DNA of 64,000 nucleotides from Octopus vulgaris. Its lineage: Eukaryota. A model generated the notes under the pieces. It did not search any database and was not told the DNA's origin. It saw only the letters and a list, made by a program, of their open reading frames with translations. The DNA is taken from positions 129,456,001 through 129,520,000 of the forward strand of contig OX597814.1 in NCBI GenBank assembly GCA_951406725.2, written 5' to 3'. The position numbers and the translations under genes were made by a program. Positions 1 to 12,736 of the stretch are shown one piece after another; the stretch's first letter is position 1; every line of letters begins with the position of its first letter.

Positions 1-719
1 CCTGGTTGATTCTATGATTTGGTAAAATATCAAATGAAATGTTTCTGTTAACATCATCCTTTTAAACACAGAGTAATCCATCACACAACACCAACACAGG
101 CGCCGGATGTTAGCAGATATCAGTGCTTGCGACACACGTCCTGGGGTTGGAGTCTGCCTGAGCAAGATGCTTATCTTAGTCTATCTAGCTGTAAAAATTA
201 TTTTCACGGTCAAAAAAAAAAAAAAAAAAAATAGTGGCAGGAAATGCCTGCTGCAATAATTCAAAGAAATTTAGATAGACATTATAATATATTGCCACAG
301 TAGGAGGAGGAGGAGATGCAAACCAGGAAAATTTTGGGAGAAAAATTAAAATAAATAAAAGAAACACTTATCTAAACAGATGTTATTACAACGAAAGGCA
401 CAAACATAAAATATTCTGAAAGAACAAAGGAATTATTCAGGGAAAATTTTCTTTGTCTTCTCCCCAAAACAACACATTCACACACACATGGAAGATATGA
501 AAGGAAAACATAAGTCAGCTCTCCAGATACGGTCCTCACAGCAGAGATAATGTAAGTTTGAGACAAATGGTGATTAGCTGTGCAGCAGATGTTCCCAACT
601 CACCATGCCAACATAGAAAAACAAACATAAAAATATTACTGATGATTATTACTGATCATCATTTGAATCTATTTCTTGGTGATTTAATATATTGTTTAAT
701 TTACATAATTTTGAAATAT

Positions 720-961
720 AAAATGGCAGCACATAAAAAGCACCAATCGATCGTGGCCGTTGCCAGCCTCACCTGGCACCTGTGCCGGTGGCACATAAAA
801 AGCACTCACTACACTCACGGAGTGGTTGGCGTTAGGAAGGGCATCCAGCTGTAGAAACACTGCCAGACCAGCCTGGTGCAGCCTCCAGGCTTCCCAGACC
901 CTGGTCAAACTGTCCAACCCATGCTAGCATGGAAAACAGACGTTAAACGATGATGATGATG
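720..961 (+). mobile_element. RTE LINE 3' end
   Basis: Unit, conserved terminal block and (ATG)n tail. Confidence 0.85.
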
Positions 962-1389
962 AAAATAGAATAGGTGCAAGCATGGCTGTGTGATTAAGAA
1001 GTTTGCTTCCTGACCATATGGTTGTGGGCTCATGGCACTTTGGCCAAAGCCTTGTGAGTGGATTTGGTAGACAGAAATTGAGGGAACTTAGTCAAATATA
1101 TATTGTATGTATCTATGTGTATGTATGGAGTGAGTATTTGGGTGTTTGTGCCTCCTTTCTTGGCATCATATAATAGTTGTAAATGAGAGTCAGTGTTATA
1201 CAAGCAGTGCGGTTCATGTTCAATATTCTGTGAAAACATGTTTGACCATAGGAAAATATTATTTTGCTTGGAAACAGGTGACTGCCGGCAACAGGAAGGG
1301 CATTTGGCCATAGAAAAGCTACCTCAATAAGCTCCATCTGACTCATGCAAGTATGGGAAACTGCCTCTTAAAATTATGATGATCACCAT

Positions 1390-1765
1390 AATCATCATCA
1401 TCATTTAACATCTGTTGTCCATACTAGCATGGGTTGGATGGTTTGACCAGGGATGATAAGTTGACTCCAGTCTGATTTGGCATGGTTTCTATGGCTTGAT
1501 GCCCTTCCTAACACCAACCACTCCAAGAGTGTATTGGGTGTTTTTACATGCCACTAGCACGGGTGCCAGTTGCGTGACACCAGTATCTGCCATGACTACA
1601 ATTTCACTTGGCTTCATGGGTCTTCTTCTCAAGCACAGCATAATGCCAAAAGTATTTGGTCATTTCTCATTGCCTCCGAGAGGGTCTCAGTCATTTATCA
1701 TTGCCTCCAAGAGGGTCTCAGTCATTTATCATTGCCTCCAAGAGGGTCTTGGTCATTTGTCATTG
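1390..1765 (-). mobile_element. RTE LINE 3' end with three 31-bp tandem copies at 1667-1759
   Basis: Begins with (CAT)n; TCATTGCCTCCAAGAGGGTCTCAGTCATTTA x3 derives from the LINE ORF end. Confidence 0.8.
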
Positions 1766-2082
1766 AAAATACAAATGCTAAAACCCTTCTGAATGGTCTT
1801 CAATGGAGATATGTAATAAAAAAAAAAAATGAAATTCATCTCCTTGAGAAGTTACATTAGATTAAGCCAACACTTTAAACAGAGCAGCTCTGCTAGGATA
1901 ATGAAAAGTAATCTAACAGTGCTTGTGACACAGTCTACCTGAGCAAGCTGCTTATCTTAGTCTATCAAGCTGTAAAAGTGGGAATGATTTTCACAGTAAA
2001 AAAAAAAAAAAAGACTGGTGGCAGGAAATGCCTGCAATAAGGTTTCAAGTCACATCTGACTCTTTTTTTCAATTATTACATA

Positions 2083-2468
2083 CCAGCAGTATCGCCCGGC
2101 ATTGCTTGGGTTTGTAAGGGAAATAACTATATAAGCATTTTTAGAGAGTTATAGCCAAAAAAATAGCAAAAAAATGCATTAAAAATGGAAAAAAATGATG
2201 GTAAATTTTTTTAAATCGTTGACTCATCGTAGACATTTTTAGAGAGTTACTTCCCTTATATAATAGCGAAAAAAATGCATTAAAATGGAAAAAAATGATG
2301 GTAAATTTTTTTTTAAATCGTAGACTCATGCTAATACTCAGAAGGGCTCGATATGAATCACAACTATAAGATACCCGGTTTTGGTTAAACTGCACCGCAA
2401 AATGTGGGAGTAGTTAGGAATCTAAATCGTAGGAGACAGACACACAACCTTACTTTTATATATAAAGA
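2083..2468 (-). mobile_element. Non-autonomous Helitron
   Basis: Minus-strand 5' A|TCTTTATATATAAAAG; 3' hairpin CCCAAGCAATGCCGGG then CTGG|T (decayed CTAG); internal ~100-bp tandem duplication. Confidence 0.75.
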
Positions 2469-2892
2469 TTTTACCTATATCCTTATTGCTTATATTTAAA
2501 TCTTTAAACAATCCTCATCACCATTTAACTGCCATCTTCTATGTTGGCATAGATTGGATGCTTTGAATAGATCTGATGAATGAAAGGGCTGCATCATATT
2601 CCAATTTCTACTTTGGCATAGTTCCTATGGTTAGATTCCCTCCCTACTGCCAACCATTTTACAAAGTGTACTGGATACTTTGTTCCATGGCAACAGTACT
2701 AGTGATGTCACAATGTAACTCACAGATTAAGTCACCCCTCGACAGAGTGGGACTACAATAGAGAGATGGGCAGCTTTATGCTAGGAAAGGAGAGGTTAAA
2801 GTATGATAAAAGGAGCTGGAATGGGTTTCTTGCAGTAGAACAGATACATGGTTGCCTTATATTATGTTTTTATTATTATTATTATTACTATT

Positions 2893-3260
2893 ATTCCTTC
2901 CACCTTAGCGAAGGTGGAGGTATTGCTTTCAGTCATGTTTGTTTGTCCATGGACAAGATATCTCAAGAACCACTGTATGGGTTTGGATGAAGCTTTCAGG
3001 GATGTTTGGCCTGGAGACTGACATGAAATGATTAGATTTGGGGATTGATCCAGTACTGGACAAAGAGTCTGGATTATTTTTCCGTTTTTTTCTTTTTACT
3101 TAATTTTTGAGAGCAGTCAGGCTCATTTTTAGTATTCTCATTTGTGAGAGCAATCGAGTTTATTTCAGATATTCTCATTTTAAAAATCATTTCCAGCTAA
3201 TCATTGAGAGGACGTTGGTGTTGCCTTGGTGGAGGTTCATGCTCTCTGAGTGCTCTTGTT
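2893..3260 (+). mobile_element. Helentron-associated (HINE/DINE-like) element
   Basis: 5' palindrome TCCACCTTAGCGAAGGTGGA, GTTT/GTCC repeats, 3' subterminal GGTGGAGG then hairpin GCTCTCTGAGTGC; T-rich insertion site. Confidence 0.65.
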
Positions 3261-3895
3261 ATTATTGTTATTATTAATAAGTTAAATGAAGAGAAGTTTC
3301 TCCCCCAAGTGAAGAGATTAATGCAGTTGATGTTCAGTGTGAACATTTGTAAGTTAATGTTTACAAGAGTATACATATCTAATTGGCTCTTTTTAGCCCT
3401 AGATCAATCCTGAGCAAGCATTCCAGCCATGACCATCCTATCATTGTAGGTATATCCAGAAATACATTATTTAATATGTCCTTAAGACAGTAAAGATTTT
3501 ACCTACTATTTCTAGTAGGTTGATTAACTACATAGAAGGTGCTCATTGATAATCTGCCTCAATGTTACACACACACACAACTGTCTAAATTTAACCACCT
3601 AACTATTTTTTCAATAAGTTTCACCATAATTAACATAAATCTCTGGTCTTTGCAAAACTCTTCAAACAATTCCAATGTTTAGGCAATGACAATGGCTCAT
3701 TAGCTAACATCAAAGTTTCAATTTATTCATTAACCAAGCCAAAATTACAGACAACTGATGATCAAAAACTAATGATTTTCCATTGGCAAGGAAAAATACC
3801 ATAGCTAACAAATTTAGCTTAATATCATTTCTAGAAAACTGTTTAGAATTTCTTTCCTACTTCAACGAACAAATCTAGTCATGGTCTTTTCATAC

Positions 3896-3974
3896 TTGTG
3901 TCTAAATGTTAACCAGTGTGATTCACTGGGTGCAACCTTCTTGGTGCAACCTGACAATGGTGATAGCTCTATTA
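3896..3974 (-). CDS. Candidate 79-nt internal exon (IELSPLSGCTKKVAPSESHWLTFRH), product unknown
   Basis: Acceptor GTGTCTCTTTTCAG, donor GTATGA; only the phase-1 frame is open. Confidence 0.3.
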
Positions 3975-4348
3975 CTGAAAAGAGACACTTAACAAAGCAT
4001 GTTACTTCAATTAAACTGAAAATTTACGACAACCTAAAAATTACAGAAAACTCTTTCAATAAGTTACTCTAATTGAATGAAAAGGGTGTGGAAAAAGTGG
4101 ACGGTAAGTTACTAAGCAAGCTGGGTTTGAACATAAAGACTGACATACATGATACAGTGTGTTGAAAAACATCAATTAAGTGAGATTATCCAAGCAAGTA
4201 GGAGATGAAAACTCTCTAAGTGAGGTGTTTAATAACTTAAGATAACAACCAAGGAAGGTAACTCAAATATCAGCAACTTCAAATATTAAGATATGCATGA
4301 TGATTAATGAAGGGGATCTTGTCTTCAAAGCCAACAAATAGAGCATAC

Positions 4349-4397
4349 CTCTGAGGTATTTTCTGTCAGCCATACTGTTAATATCCATAATGAACAT
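4349..4397 (-). CDS. Candidate start-codon exon (MFIMDINSMADRKYLR) of an unidentified minus-strand ORF
   Basis: ATGs in good context; donor GAG|GTATGC, phase 1; possible acceptor at 4511. Confidence 0.25.
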
Positions 4398-5242
4398 TGC
4401 TACACATCTCTATTTTTTTGCAATTTATCTCCAAGTCTTGCTGACTGAGTAAAATGTTTTGCTGAGGAGATCCAATATGACTTAAACAAGTTTATTGCTT
4501 TCATTAGCAGCCTTTTAAAGACAAGATCTACACCGCTCATCTACACCAGCTTAATTTAAAAAAATATTAGTAGCTGATATTATTAGAGCAGTCTCCCTTA
4601 TTTTATTTTAGATTTTAAAGTACCTCTTGAAGGAATTTTTGTCTCCTAATTACATGGATAATCTCAGTTAATTGATTTTTTTTTACAACCATCGAAGCAT
4701 GAAGTGCTCCTCACGACCACATGTTTATGAGATGGTTGTGATCTGTAAACAGTCTTGAGTAATAACCGGAAAGAAAAGTATGAACATACAATGCACATGT
4801 GCTCACTGAATTTGTAAAATGGAAGAGAAGAATGAAAAACGTAATGTCAAACAAGTTATATGATGGCCTGCATGCCATGGCTGACACCACTATCATACAG
4901 CTTTATTACAATTTTCTTGTTCAACTGAAAGCATTATACACAGAAGAAGCTACATATGTCTATTTATTATGTCCATCAATCACTGAGCTTTTTTGTTGTT
5001 TTTTAGCTAAATGCATTAACTACTTTGGATAACTGAATGACAACCCTTTTCCAGAGTTTAATTAGGGTCTGTGGCTCAAACATTTAGTTCTCAGTGGCCA
5101 GGTCCACCTAGCTGTAAAGAAACAGCAGTGGGCAAAAGACTTCAGGGTGGTAAACAGTGGCTGCACTCTAAAATTAACAAGGATACAACTCGTCTCTAAA
5201 TTCAACTATTTTTTTACATAAAAATGTTACCTGTGGTTGATT

Positions 5243-5628
5243 CTCTCTTTTACTCTCTTATTTCTTTCAGTTATTTAGATGCGGCCATGCTGGAGCACCG
5301 CCTTTAGTCGAGCAAATCGACCCCAAGACTTATTCTTTGTAAGCTAGTACTTATTCTATCAGTCTCGCTTGCCAAACTGCTAAGTTACGGGAACGTAAAA
5401 ACACACCAACATCGGTTGTCAAGCGATGTTGGGGGGACAAACACAAACACACATATATATATACATATATACGACGGGCTTCTTTCAGTTTCCGTCTACC
5501 AAATCCACCCACAAGGCTTTGGTCAGCCCGAGGCTATAGTAGAAGACACTTGCCCAAGGTGCCATGCAGTGGGACTGAACCCAGAACTATGTGGTTGGTA
5601 AGCAAGCTACTTACCACACAGCCACACC
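5243..5628 (-). mobile_element. tRNA-derived SINE, family A
   Basis: Head GTGGCTGTGTGGTAAG (A box)...GGGTTCAGTCCC (B box), CORE-like ACCTTGGGCAAGTG, central (TA/TG)n, (AAAGAGT)n tail. Confidence 0.9.
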
Positions 5629-6818
5629 TACTGGTAACTTATCTAGAATTTGATATTATTCATCAATTTAATACTACAAAAATTGAGTGCCAGGAGAGTG
5701 GTCTCATGAAGCCTGTGAAAAGAATAATTTAATTGCTGTCAAATTAAGGTACTAGACAACTGATCACAAGGTCATGGGTTGAAACATCTACAAGCATAGC
5801 ACAACCATTTGGGTGTTCCCCTGAGCAAAGCATCTAAATTCTACTTGCTCTAGTTTAGTTGATTGACCAAAAACTAAATATAAACAGACAAAAGAAATAG
5901 TGCCATTGTTGCTGTTTAGAGCAGTGAATTATATAAACTGCAGTACCTATTTAGAGCTTGATGGAACTTGGCCAAATAGCTAAGTACCTCTTAGAAGGTT
6001 GTCCTATACCCAAGTGACTCAAGCATCTTCTTAAGCATAGATTACATATCTCAAGACACCTTTTAACTAGAAGTTCTGTAGGGAGACATTATCCACCTAG
6101 GAATGTAAGCTATCTATACTACGACAGTAATTAGATTTAGAAACAAGATCTTGTCAATAAAAATTGGCTTTTCTTGATTATTTTGTGAATCGCAAAGTTT
6201 AAAGTTCGTTTAACGTTACCAGGTGGTACACATTTACATAGGAAATATTTTACAGGAAAGATATTCAGTTTCTTAATGCCTAATGTAAATACAAATAAAT
6301 CTATAATACTTCCTATATCTAGTGGACAGATAGAGAAGAGCTAAGCTTAATGAAAAACCATACATAAATCCACGTATTCTTTTTTTTATGATATAGTGTA
6401 TTGCAAGAAAACAGTGGGGAAAAGGCAGTGTGAATAATTTAATTGCAAGTAACAATGAATTGTTTAAATTTTAAGCTGTTTCACAATAAAATGACATACA
6501 CATATATATGAGTTGTACTTGTTTGGCAAGTGATAAGAGATTAGTGTGTTGAAGCAGAAAAAAATTGCATCATGGAAAGTTATAATGGACAATGAAAACA
6601 GATTCATATACCTTTATATTTACTTTTCTTTTTATCCTGTGAAGAGGAAACTATGATATAGCAAAAACAGGAAATATAATGCTGTGTGTATGTAGTTCAA
6701 AACATGCATTCATGATGCAACAATTATATAATTGCTTTACAGTAATCCCAACTACCATGGGTTTTATGTTCAGAAACCCCTCATGATAAGTGAAAATCTA
6801 CAAAGTAGAAACAGTATT

Positions 6819-7214
6819 GTACTCTTTTACTCTTTTTACTTGTTTCAGTCATTTGACCACAGTTATGCAGGAGCACTGCCTTCAGTCGAGCAAATCGACC
6901 CCAGGACTTATTCTTTGTAAGCCTAGTACTTATTCAATTGGTGTCTTTTGCTGAACCGCTAAGTTACAGGGACGTAAACACACCAGCATTGGTTGTCAAG
7001 CGATGTTGGGGGGATCAACAGAGACACACAAACATATATATATACATATGACGGGCTTCTTTCAGTTTCCGTCGACCAAATCCACTCACAAGGCTTTGGT
7101 CAGCCCGAGGCTATAGTAGAAGACACTTGCCCAAGATGCCATGCAGTGGGACTGAACCCAGAACCATGTGGTTGGTAAGCAAGCTACTTACCACACAGCC
7201 ACTCCTGCGCCTAT
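6819..7214 (-). mobile_element. SINE family A, full length
   Basis: Near-identical to 5243-5628. Confidence 0.9.
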
Positions 7215-7987
7215 GTAGAAGTTTTATGTCATACAACGGTTATCCATAAACCATAAGGCTTTCTCTTAAATGGAAACTCTATTAGAAGTGATACCAGTTC
7301 AGACATAAGGATAGTATATTGTAGCATATTAGTGGTATTTTTTTCTTTTCTATTTGTTTTTAATGAATGAAAAGCAAAGCTGACTTGAGTAGGGCTCGAA
7401 CTCAGAACCATAAGCCAATAACCATGAACTACGCTTATATGATTACTAAGGTACAGCCTCAGTTTGGATTGGGAACTACTTGAAATAACTATGAGATAAC
7501 ATAATATAAAATAAGGCTTGGTCTATTATCTACAGATGTTTACAGCAAATGTCAAGGGTCTCTTGTAGCTGAAGTTTAATGATTAACATGCATATTTAGC
7601 AAATTTAACGATTCAACTTCCTAACGAAATGTTTGAAGGAAAATTGTTCTAATCTGATGGCAAGATTTATTCAGTGATAAAGTATTTAGAAAAGATCATT
7701 CATATTTAAGTATCATGGAGCTGAAAACAAATGTTAGCAATATCTTTGACATGTGTTAAAGATGTATGAAGCCAGAATCCCACTTCAGAAATAGCATGGA
7801 TATTATCAACAAACGAATGGAAACCATAGGAGGATCTTAACATAACAACTGCCAATGAAATTAACAAAGGAGATCTTAAGAAAATGAAGAGTTAGCAATT
7901 ATATAGAATGAATAACGAAGGAGTAGGCAGTATAATAGATCCTACTCTTTGCTTTAGGTATGTAAAAGTAGAGAGAAGACTGAAATC

Positions 7988-8342
7988 TTTTCTCTTTAAT
8001 TAGTTTCAGTTATTGGACAGCGGCCATGCTGGGGCACCTCCTTGAAGGGTTTTAGTTGAACAAATTGAAGCTAGTACTTATATTTTTTCAAGTTTGGTGC
8101 TTATTCTATCAGTCTGTTTGCCAAACCATTAAGTTATAGGGACATAAACAAACTAGTACCAACTGTCAGAGACACACACTCATGGGGTTCCGCACAATTT
8201 TCATCGATCAAATTCACTCATAAAGCACTGGTCAGCCCAGGGCTATTGTAGAAGACATTTGCCTTAAGTTCTATACTGTGGGACTGAACCCAAAACCACA
8301 TGGTTGCAACGTAAGCTTCTCAACCACACAGCCATGCTTGCA
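7988..8342 (-). mobile_element. SINE family A, older copy
   Basis: Diverged head, body and tail. Confidence 0.75.
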
Positions 8343-8536
8343 ATTAATCATAACAGTTATATTGGAGTGTACCAGATGAAATGTTTTTTAAAAGAAAAAT
8401 TAAACATGTAAAAGGGATTAGACAAATAAATTTCATGAAAATGTACTCCATTATGTCTAACTGCTTTTGCCAATGTGATGTTAAATTAGATATTCTTAAT
8501 GAAAACAACTCTTCCCCCTTTGCAACCAATGTACTT

Positions 8537-8939
8537 CTCTTTTATTTGTTTCAGTCATTTGACTGTGGCCATGCTGGAGCACCGCCTTTAGTCAAGCAAA
8601 TTGACCCCAGGACTTATTCTTTCTAAGCCTAGTACTTATTCTATCAGTCTCGCTTGCCAAACTGCTAAGTTACGGGGACGTAAAAACACACCAACATCGG
8701 TTGTCAAGCGATGTTGGGGGGACAAACACAGACACACAAACATATACATACACACACAAACACACACACACACACACACGATTGGCTTCTTTCAGTTTCC
8801 GTCTACCAAATCCACTCACAAGGCTTTGGTTGGCCTGAGGCTATAGTAGAAGACACTTGCCCAAGGTGCCACGCAGTGGGACTTGAACTTGAAACCATGT
8901 GGCTGGTAAGCAAGCTTACCACACAGCCACTCCTGCACT
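8537..8939 (-). mobile_element. SINE family A, full length
   Basis: Same head, body and tail. Confidence 0.9.
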
Positions 8940-8944
8940 TATAC

Positions 8945-10480
8945 TGTTCAACTTCTTCATTACAGTGTATTGATCTAACGATATTTTATTATATATAAAC
9001 AGTTTTTCAAATGTTTGAAAAAGTTATGATTCACAAAGAGATTTTAGGTGAATAAGACGAGTGCAGGAAAATTTCATAATGTGGCTCTGTTAATTTTATA
9101 AAAGTGATTTGAAAAGTGTGTAGTTGAATATTGTCAAACAGTAGAATTGATCTGTCTCTATTAGCCAGTCTTGGCTGTTTTGATTTCAGTTTTCCATTCA
9201 CGTGGTCGATTTCATGGCAATGTGAGCTTGCAGCAATTGATTTCCTTTGTTGCAAAATAGGAATATTGAACTAAACCTATTACAAACCATTATTCAGCCA
9301 CTAATAACCATTTTGGGATGTAACAGTTGCTTTGGAAAGTGTTTTAGAGACTCGTCTGCATCTAACAATTGTCTATTCCATTTTTCATCATAAGTAATGA
9401 CATGTCAGGCAGGCTTCTTTTTTACAGTGAATTAGCAGCATTAAACACACTTCTGGACGTTGCAGAATCTGATGTTCCATCAATCCATATACTGTTGTGA
9501 TCCCCTTTGGTCATGAATGACCATAGGATTGCACCTAGAAAGTTACCCTCAGAGGCACAAGTCTGGGCAAGGTTGTTTATGGAAGACCAGCAGACGCCCA
9601 CGCATACCAGCCTCCCCTCTCCACGCCACCGATGTTATCCAAGGGAAAGGCAAAGGGGCCGATACAGCTTCGCACCAGTGACATCGCGGCTCATTTATTA
9701 ACGTGCAAGTGGCTGAGCACGCCACAGACACATGTACCCTTAACGTAGTTCTCAGGGAGATTCAGCGTGACACAGAGTGTGGCAAGGCTGGCCCTTTGAA
9801 ATACACATACAACAGAAACAGGAAGAAAGAATGAGATAAAGTTGTGGTGAAAGGGTACAACAGTGTTCACCACCAACCCGATACGTTCAGAGTTCATCAA
9901 TCCATATGAAACCCCTTTATTCAACTTCCTGTTTCTGGTTTCCAGACGTCACAATATCTGATGTTCTATCAATCCATATGAAACTTAATTATCCAACTTC
10001 ATGTTCCTGATGTTGAGCAAATGGCAGGAAGCTAACAAAAGAAAATACAGCTAAGTCTGTTTCAAATTTACAAACCAGTTTGAGAATTTCTTTTTACCAG
10101 CTTTCATAACTGGTTTCCATTTATAACGAATTTTGGTTTCCTGTCATGGCTTACTTTAAAGGTGTTCATTCTATGAGTGAAATTTCTTAAACTATCACTG
10201 TACCATTCATTGTTTAACACAGCTCATTCCAAATAGTTTCAGTTGCATAATATGATATAATTTGAACTCATAAAAAAGGAAAGCAGGCTTCTTCAACAGT
10301 CACCATATTATTTGAAAGGCACAAAATCATTGCTTACAAGACAAACACCACCTGGAAAGTGAAGCTAGCCAAGTGTTTACAAATTTGGATTTACCCATTA
10401 GCTGCTTTCACTAACATCCGTAATCATAACTTAGAAATGTTTTATATTGAAAAATGACTTTTCGTGTGGTACACCACTAA
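8945..10480 (-). mobile_element. Highly decayed mariner interrupted by a SINE at ~9493-9890
   Basis: Remnants VITYDEKW, ILLFDNIQLH (HDNARPH) and HSSYSPKIS (HPPYSPDL). Confidence 0.7.
9493..9890 (-). mobile_element. Composite SINE-like element
   Basis: Shares modules with 12590-14100 and 37960-38010. Confidence 0.7.
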
Positions 10481-10837
10481 TACTAATATTTTTAATGCAC
10501 TGTTTGTTTGTCCTGGACTATAAATATAACAATGTATGAACAGAGTTAAGTGGATGTACGTAAGCAAATATAATACTGCGATCTTACAAGAGGTAATAAC
10601 AGGAAATAAAATATTGCTTATGAACTGAATGTACCCGGAGATGAGATGTAATGTCTAAACACTGATTCATCGTAGTAGTTACTAGTCTACCAGTCTCCTA
10701 ATACTGTTGTTGTTACAACATTGATAGTTCAGCAACTCTCAATAAATTACTTTGGAAACATGATACAGTAATAGATTTCTTTTTAAATTAAATAAAAATG
10801 TAATCTGAAGTCAGTTGAGACAGTTATCACCTCTCAC

Positions 10838-10864
10838 TTGCAATGCTGTTTATATATGCAGGCA
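10838..10864 (-). other. Candidate 27-nt microexon
   Basis: Very long T-rich tract ending TTTTTCAG, 27 nt, donor GTGAGA; frame-preserving and stop-free in phases 1 and 2. Confidence 0.3.
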
Positions 10865-11637
10865 CTGAAAAACAAAAAAAAAAAAACACACACACGCAAA
10901 AAAAAAAAACATAACCAACAACCTTTGTTTTTATCCCGCGAGGCCTTGCTGCATTTAAAGCAAACTCTGAATGAGAATTAGCAGATTTCACTGCCAAGAA
11001 TGAGGCACAAGTGAATCTAAATACCGAGTTTTCTATGACATGACAGTGCCAATCGTAATAATAATTTCTAACTTTGGCAGGAGGCCACAAATTTTTGGAG
11101 AGCCTATCTATAGTCAGTTGATTCAACTTCAGTACATTAATGATAATTCTTTGTTTTTTAACACTGGCGCAAAACATTTTTGTTTTCTAGGGTGGGATAT
11201 ATAGTTGCTTGTGTATAGATGTTTGTGTATAGATGCTTGTGTTGACCTTGGTACTTGACAGGTACTTATTTCATAAGGATGAAAGAAGAGATGGCCTTGG
11301 TAGGATTCAAAACACAATCAACCCACTGATATGACTCCACTGGTGTCTATAACTTGATCGTGATTACTTTAGGAATTGTACAACAGTAATAGATCACAAG
11401 ACAGAGTAAACTTTTGGAGAAATTTTAAATTTCTATGTAAGACAGCAATTAGCAGACAGATTGCTAAAGGAACAGGCAAAATGAAGCAATAAAAAATATT
11501 ATATAAAAAGCAGGTAGTTTCACTGGGTGTTTAAAAGTGCAAAGCACCCTTATATAATTAGAAGAGACAGGGAATCAATGAAGTGTATTGAAAATAAAGA
11601 ATAGTGAAACAGACTGTGAAAAGAAGCTGGATGGGAT

Positions 11638-11656
11638 TGTGTGTGTGTGTGTGTAT

Positions 11657-11733
<77 letters not shown>
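11638..11733. repeat. Compound (GT)n(AT)n(GT)n microsatellite
   Basis: Direct read. Confidence 0.95.
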
Positions 11734-11734
<1 letters not shown>

Positions 11735-12078
11735 AATGTAGTACTACTAGTTGGTATTTATAGAAAATAAACACCCACCCACTGCCAAAATGAAGACATC
11801 ATTTCAGGAGGTTGTCACTGTTATTGGAACTCCTTATCAATTCCACTGCTCAAGGAATGGAAGTTGCAGACTAAATGAACCTGATATCTTTAATATAGTG
11901 ATTACAAGATCTACAATAACCGGATCTAATCTATAAAGTTAGGACACCGGATACACCAGCAGGTAGTTTGTTTGTTTGTTTTCCGAAAGGCAATCTTCAA
12001 GGCCTACCACTTACCTACCATATATTATTGTAACATTTATATATTATATTTTACATTTATCACCTGCAATAAACATAC

Positions 12079-12268
12079 TGGTTGGAAACATGTTTGCAAG
12101 AATACAAACTAATTCTATCTTGGGTTACACACTTCAGGTTAGCGCTAACATTCCGACAGCTCTCTTTTCTCTTAGTGCTGTTTTCAAGGGAATTTTGACA
12201 GACTAAGTGCTTTCCTGATATGTTTTTATAGCTCAAAGTAACCATTTCAAGTAATCCCACTGCACAAA
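12079..12268 (-). CDS. Putative exon 2 of the same CERK-like gene
   Basis: Acceptor TTGTTTGTTATTTTTAG; donor GTATGT (alternative GTGATA would end the exon at 12064). Phase-1 entry matches exon 1. Open frame CAVGLLEMVTLSYKNISGKHLVCQ...DRISLYSCKHVSN aligns without gaps to human CERK CSVPVSEIIAVEETDVHGKH, and ISLYSC resembles CERKL ITLFIC (from memory). Confidence 0.58.
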
Positions 12269-12736
12269 CTAAAAATAACAAACAAACAACTCCACAAACC
12301 CCAAGAGCTTGTGTGGCTGATGTTTGCCTGGAGATTTGGAAACATTAAATAGATTACAGATAAATTCATCTAAGTACTTATACTAGCCTACAACAGGTAC
12401 ACAGCTTTCCTGGGAAAAAAACCCTTAATGTTAAGCCCCAGTCTAGCTCATTTAAGCAGACCTATGATTAAAAAGGCCTGCCAATAATGACCATAGTTTT
12501 TTTTTCTTTTTCTTTTTTGTCTAGAGATAACTAGGACTAAATTATCTAATATATCCTTATTTAAATTTTTGCCTCTCCTCTGTATAACATATCGTACTTT
12601 CCGACCCTCAGTTGGTTATGATGACGAGGGTTCCAGTTAATCTGATCAATAGAGCAGCCAGTTCATGAAATTAATTGAGCATTACGTAGACACACATACT
12701 CTTAATACAGTTCTCAGAGAGATACAGCGTGACATA

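Noticed and set aside
5550-5628. tRNA genes at SINE heads
   Set aside because: A/B boxes run straight into SINE bodies; no complete cloverleaf.
5640-5712. Minus-strand acceptor followed by LHETTL or RPLSWHSIFVVLN, vaguely CERKL-like
   Set aside because: Both frames hit stops and there is no good donor; treated as chance.
8344-8529. LFSLRISNLTSHWQKQL as CERK exon 3
   Set aside because: No polypyrimidine acceptor; the upstream sequence is a purine-rich SINE tail.
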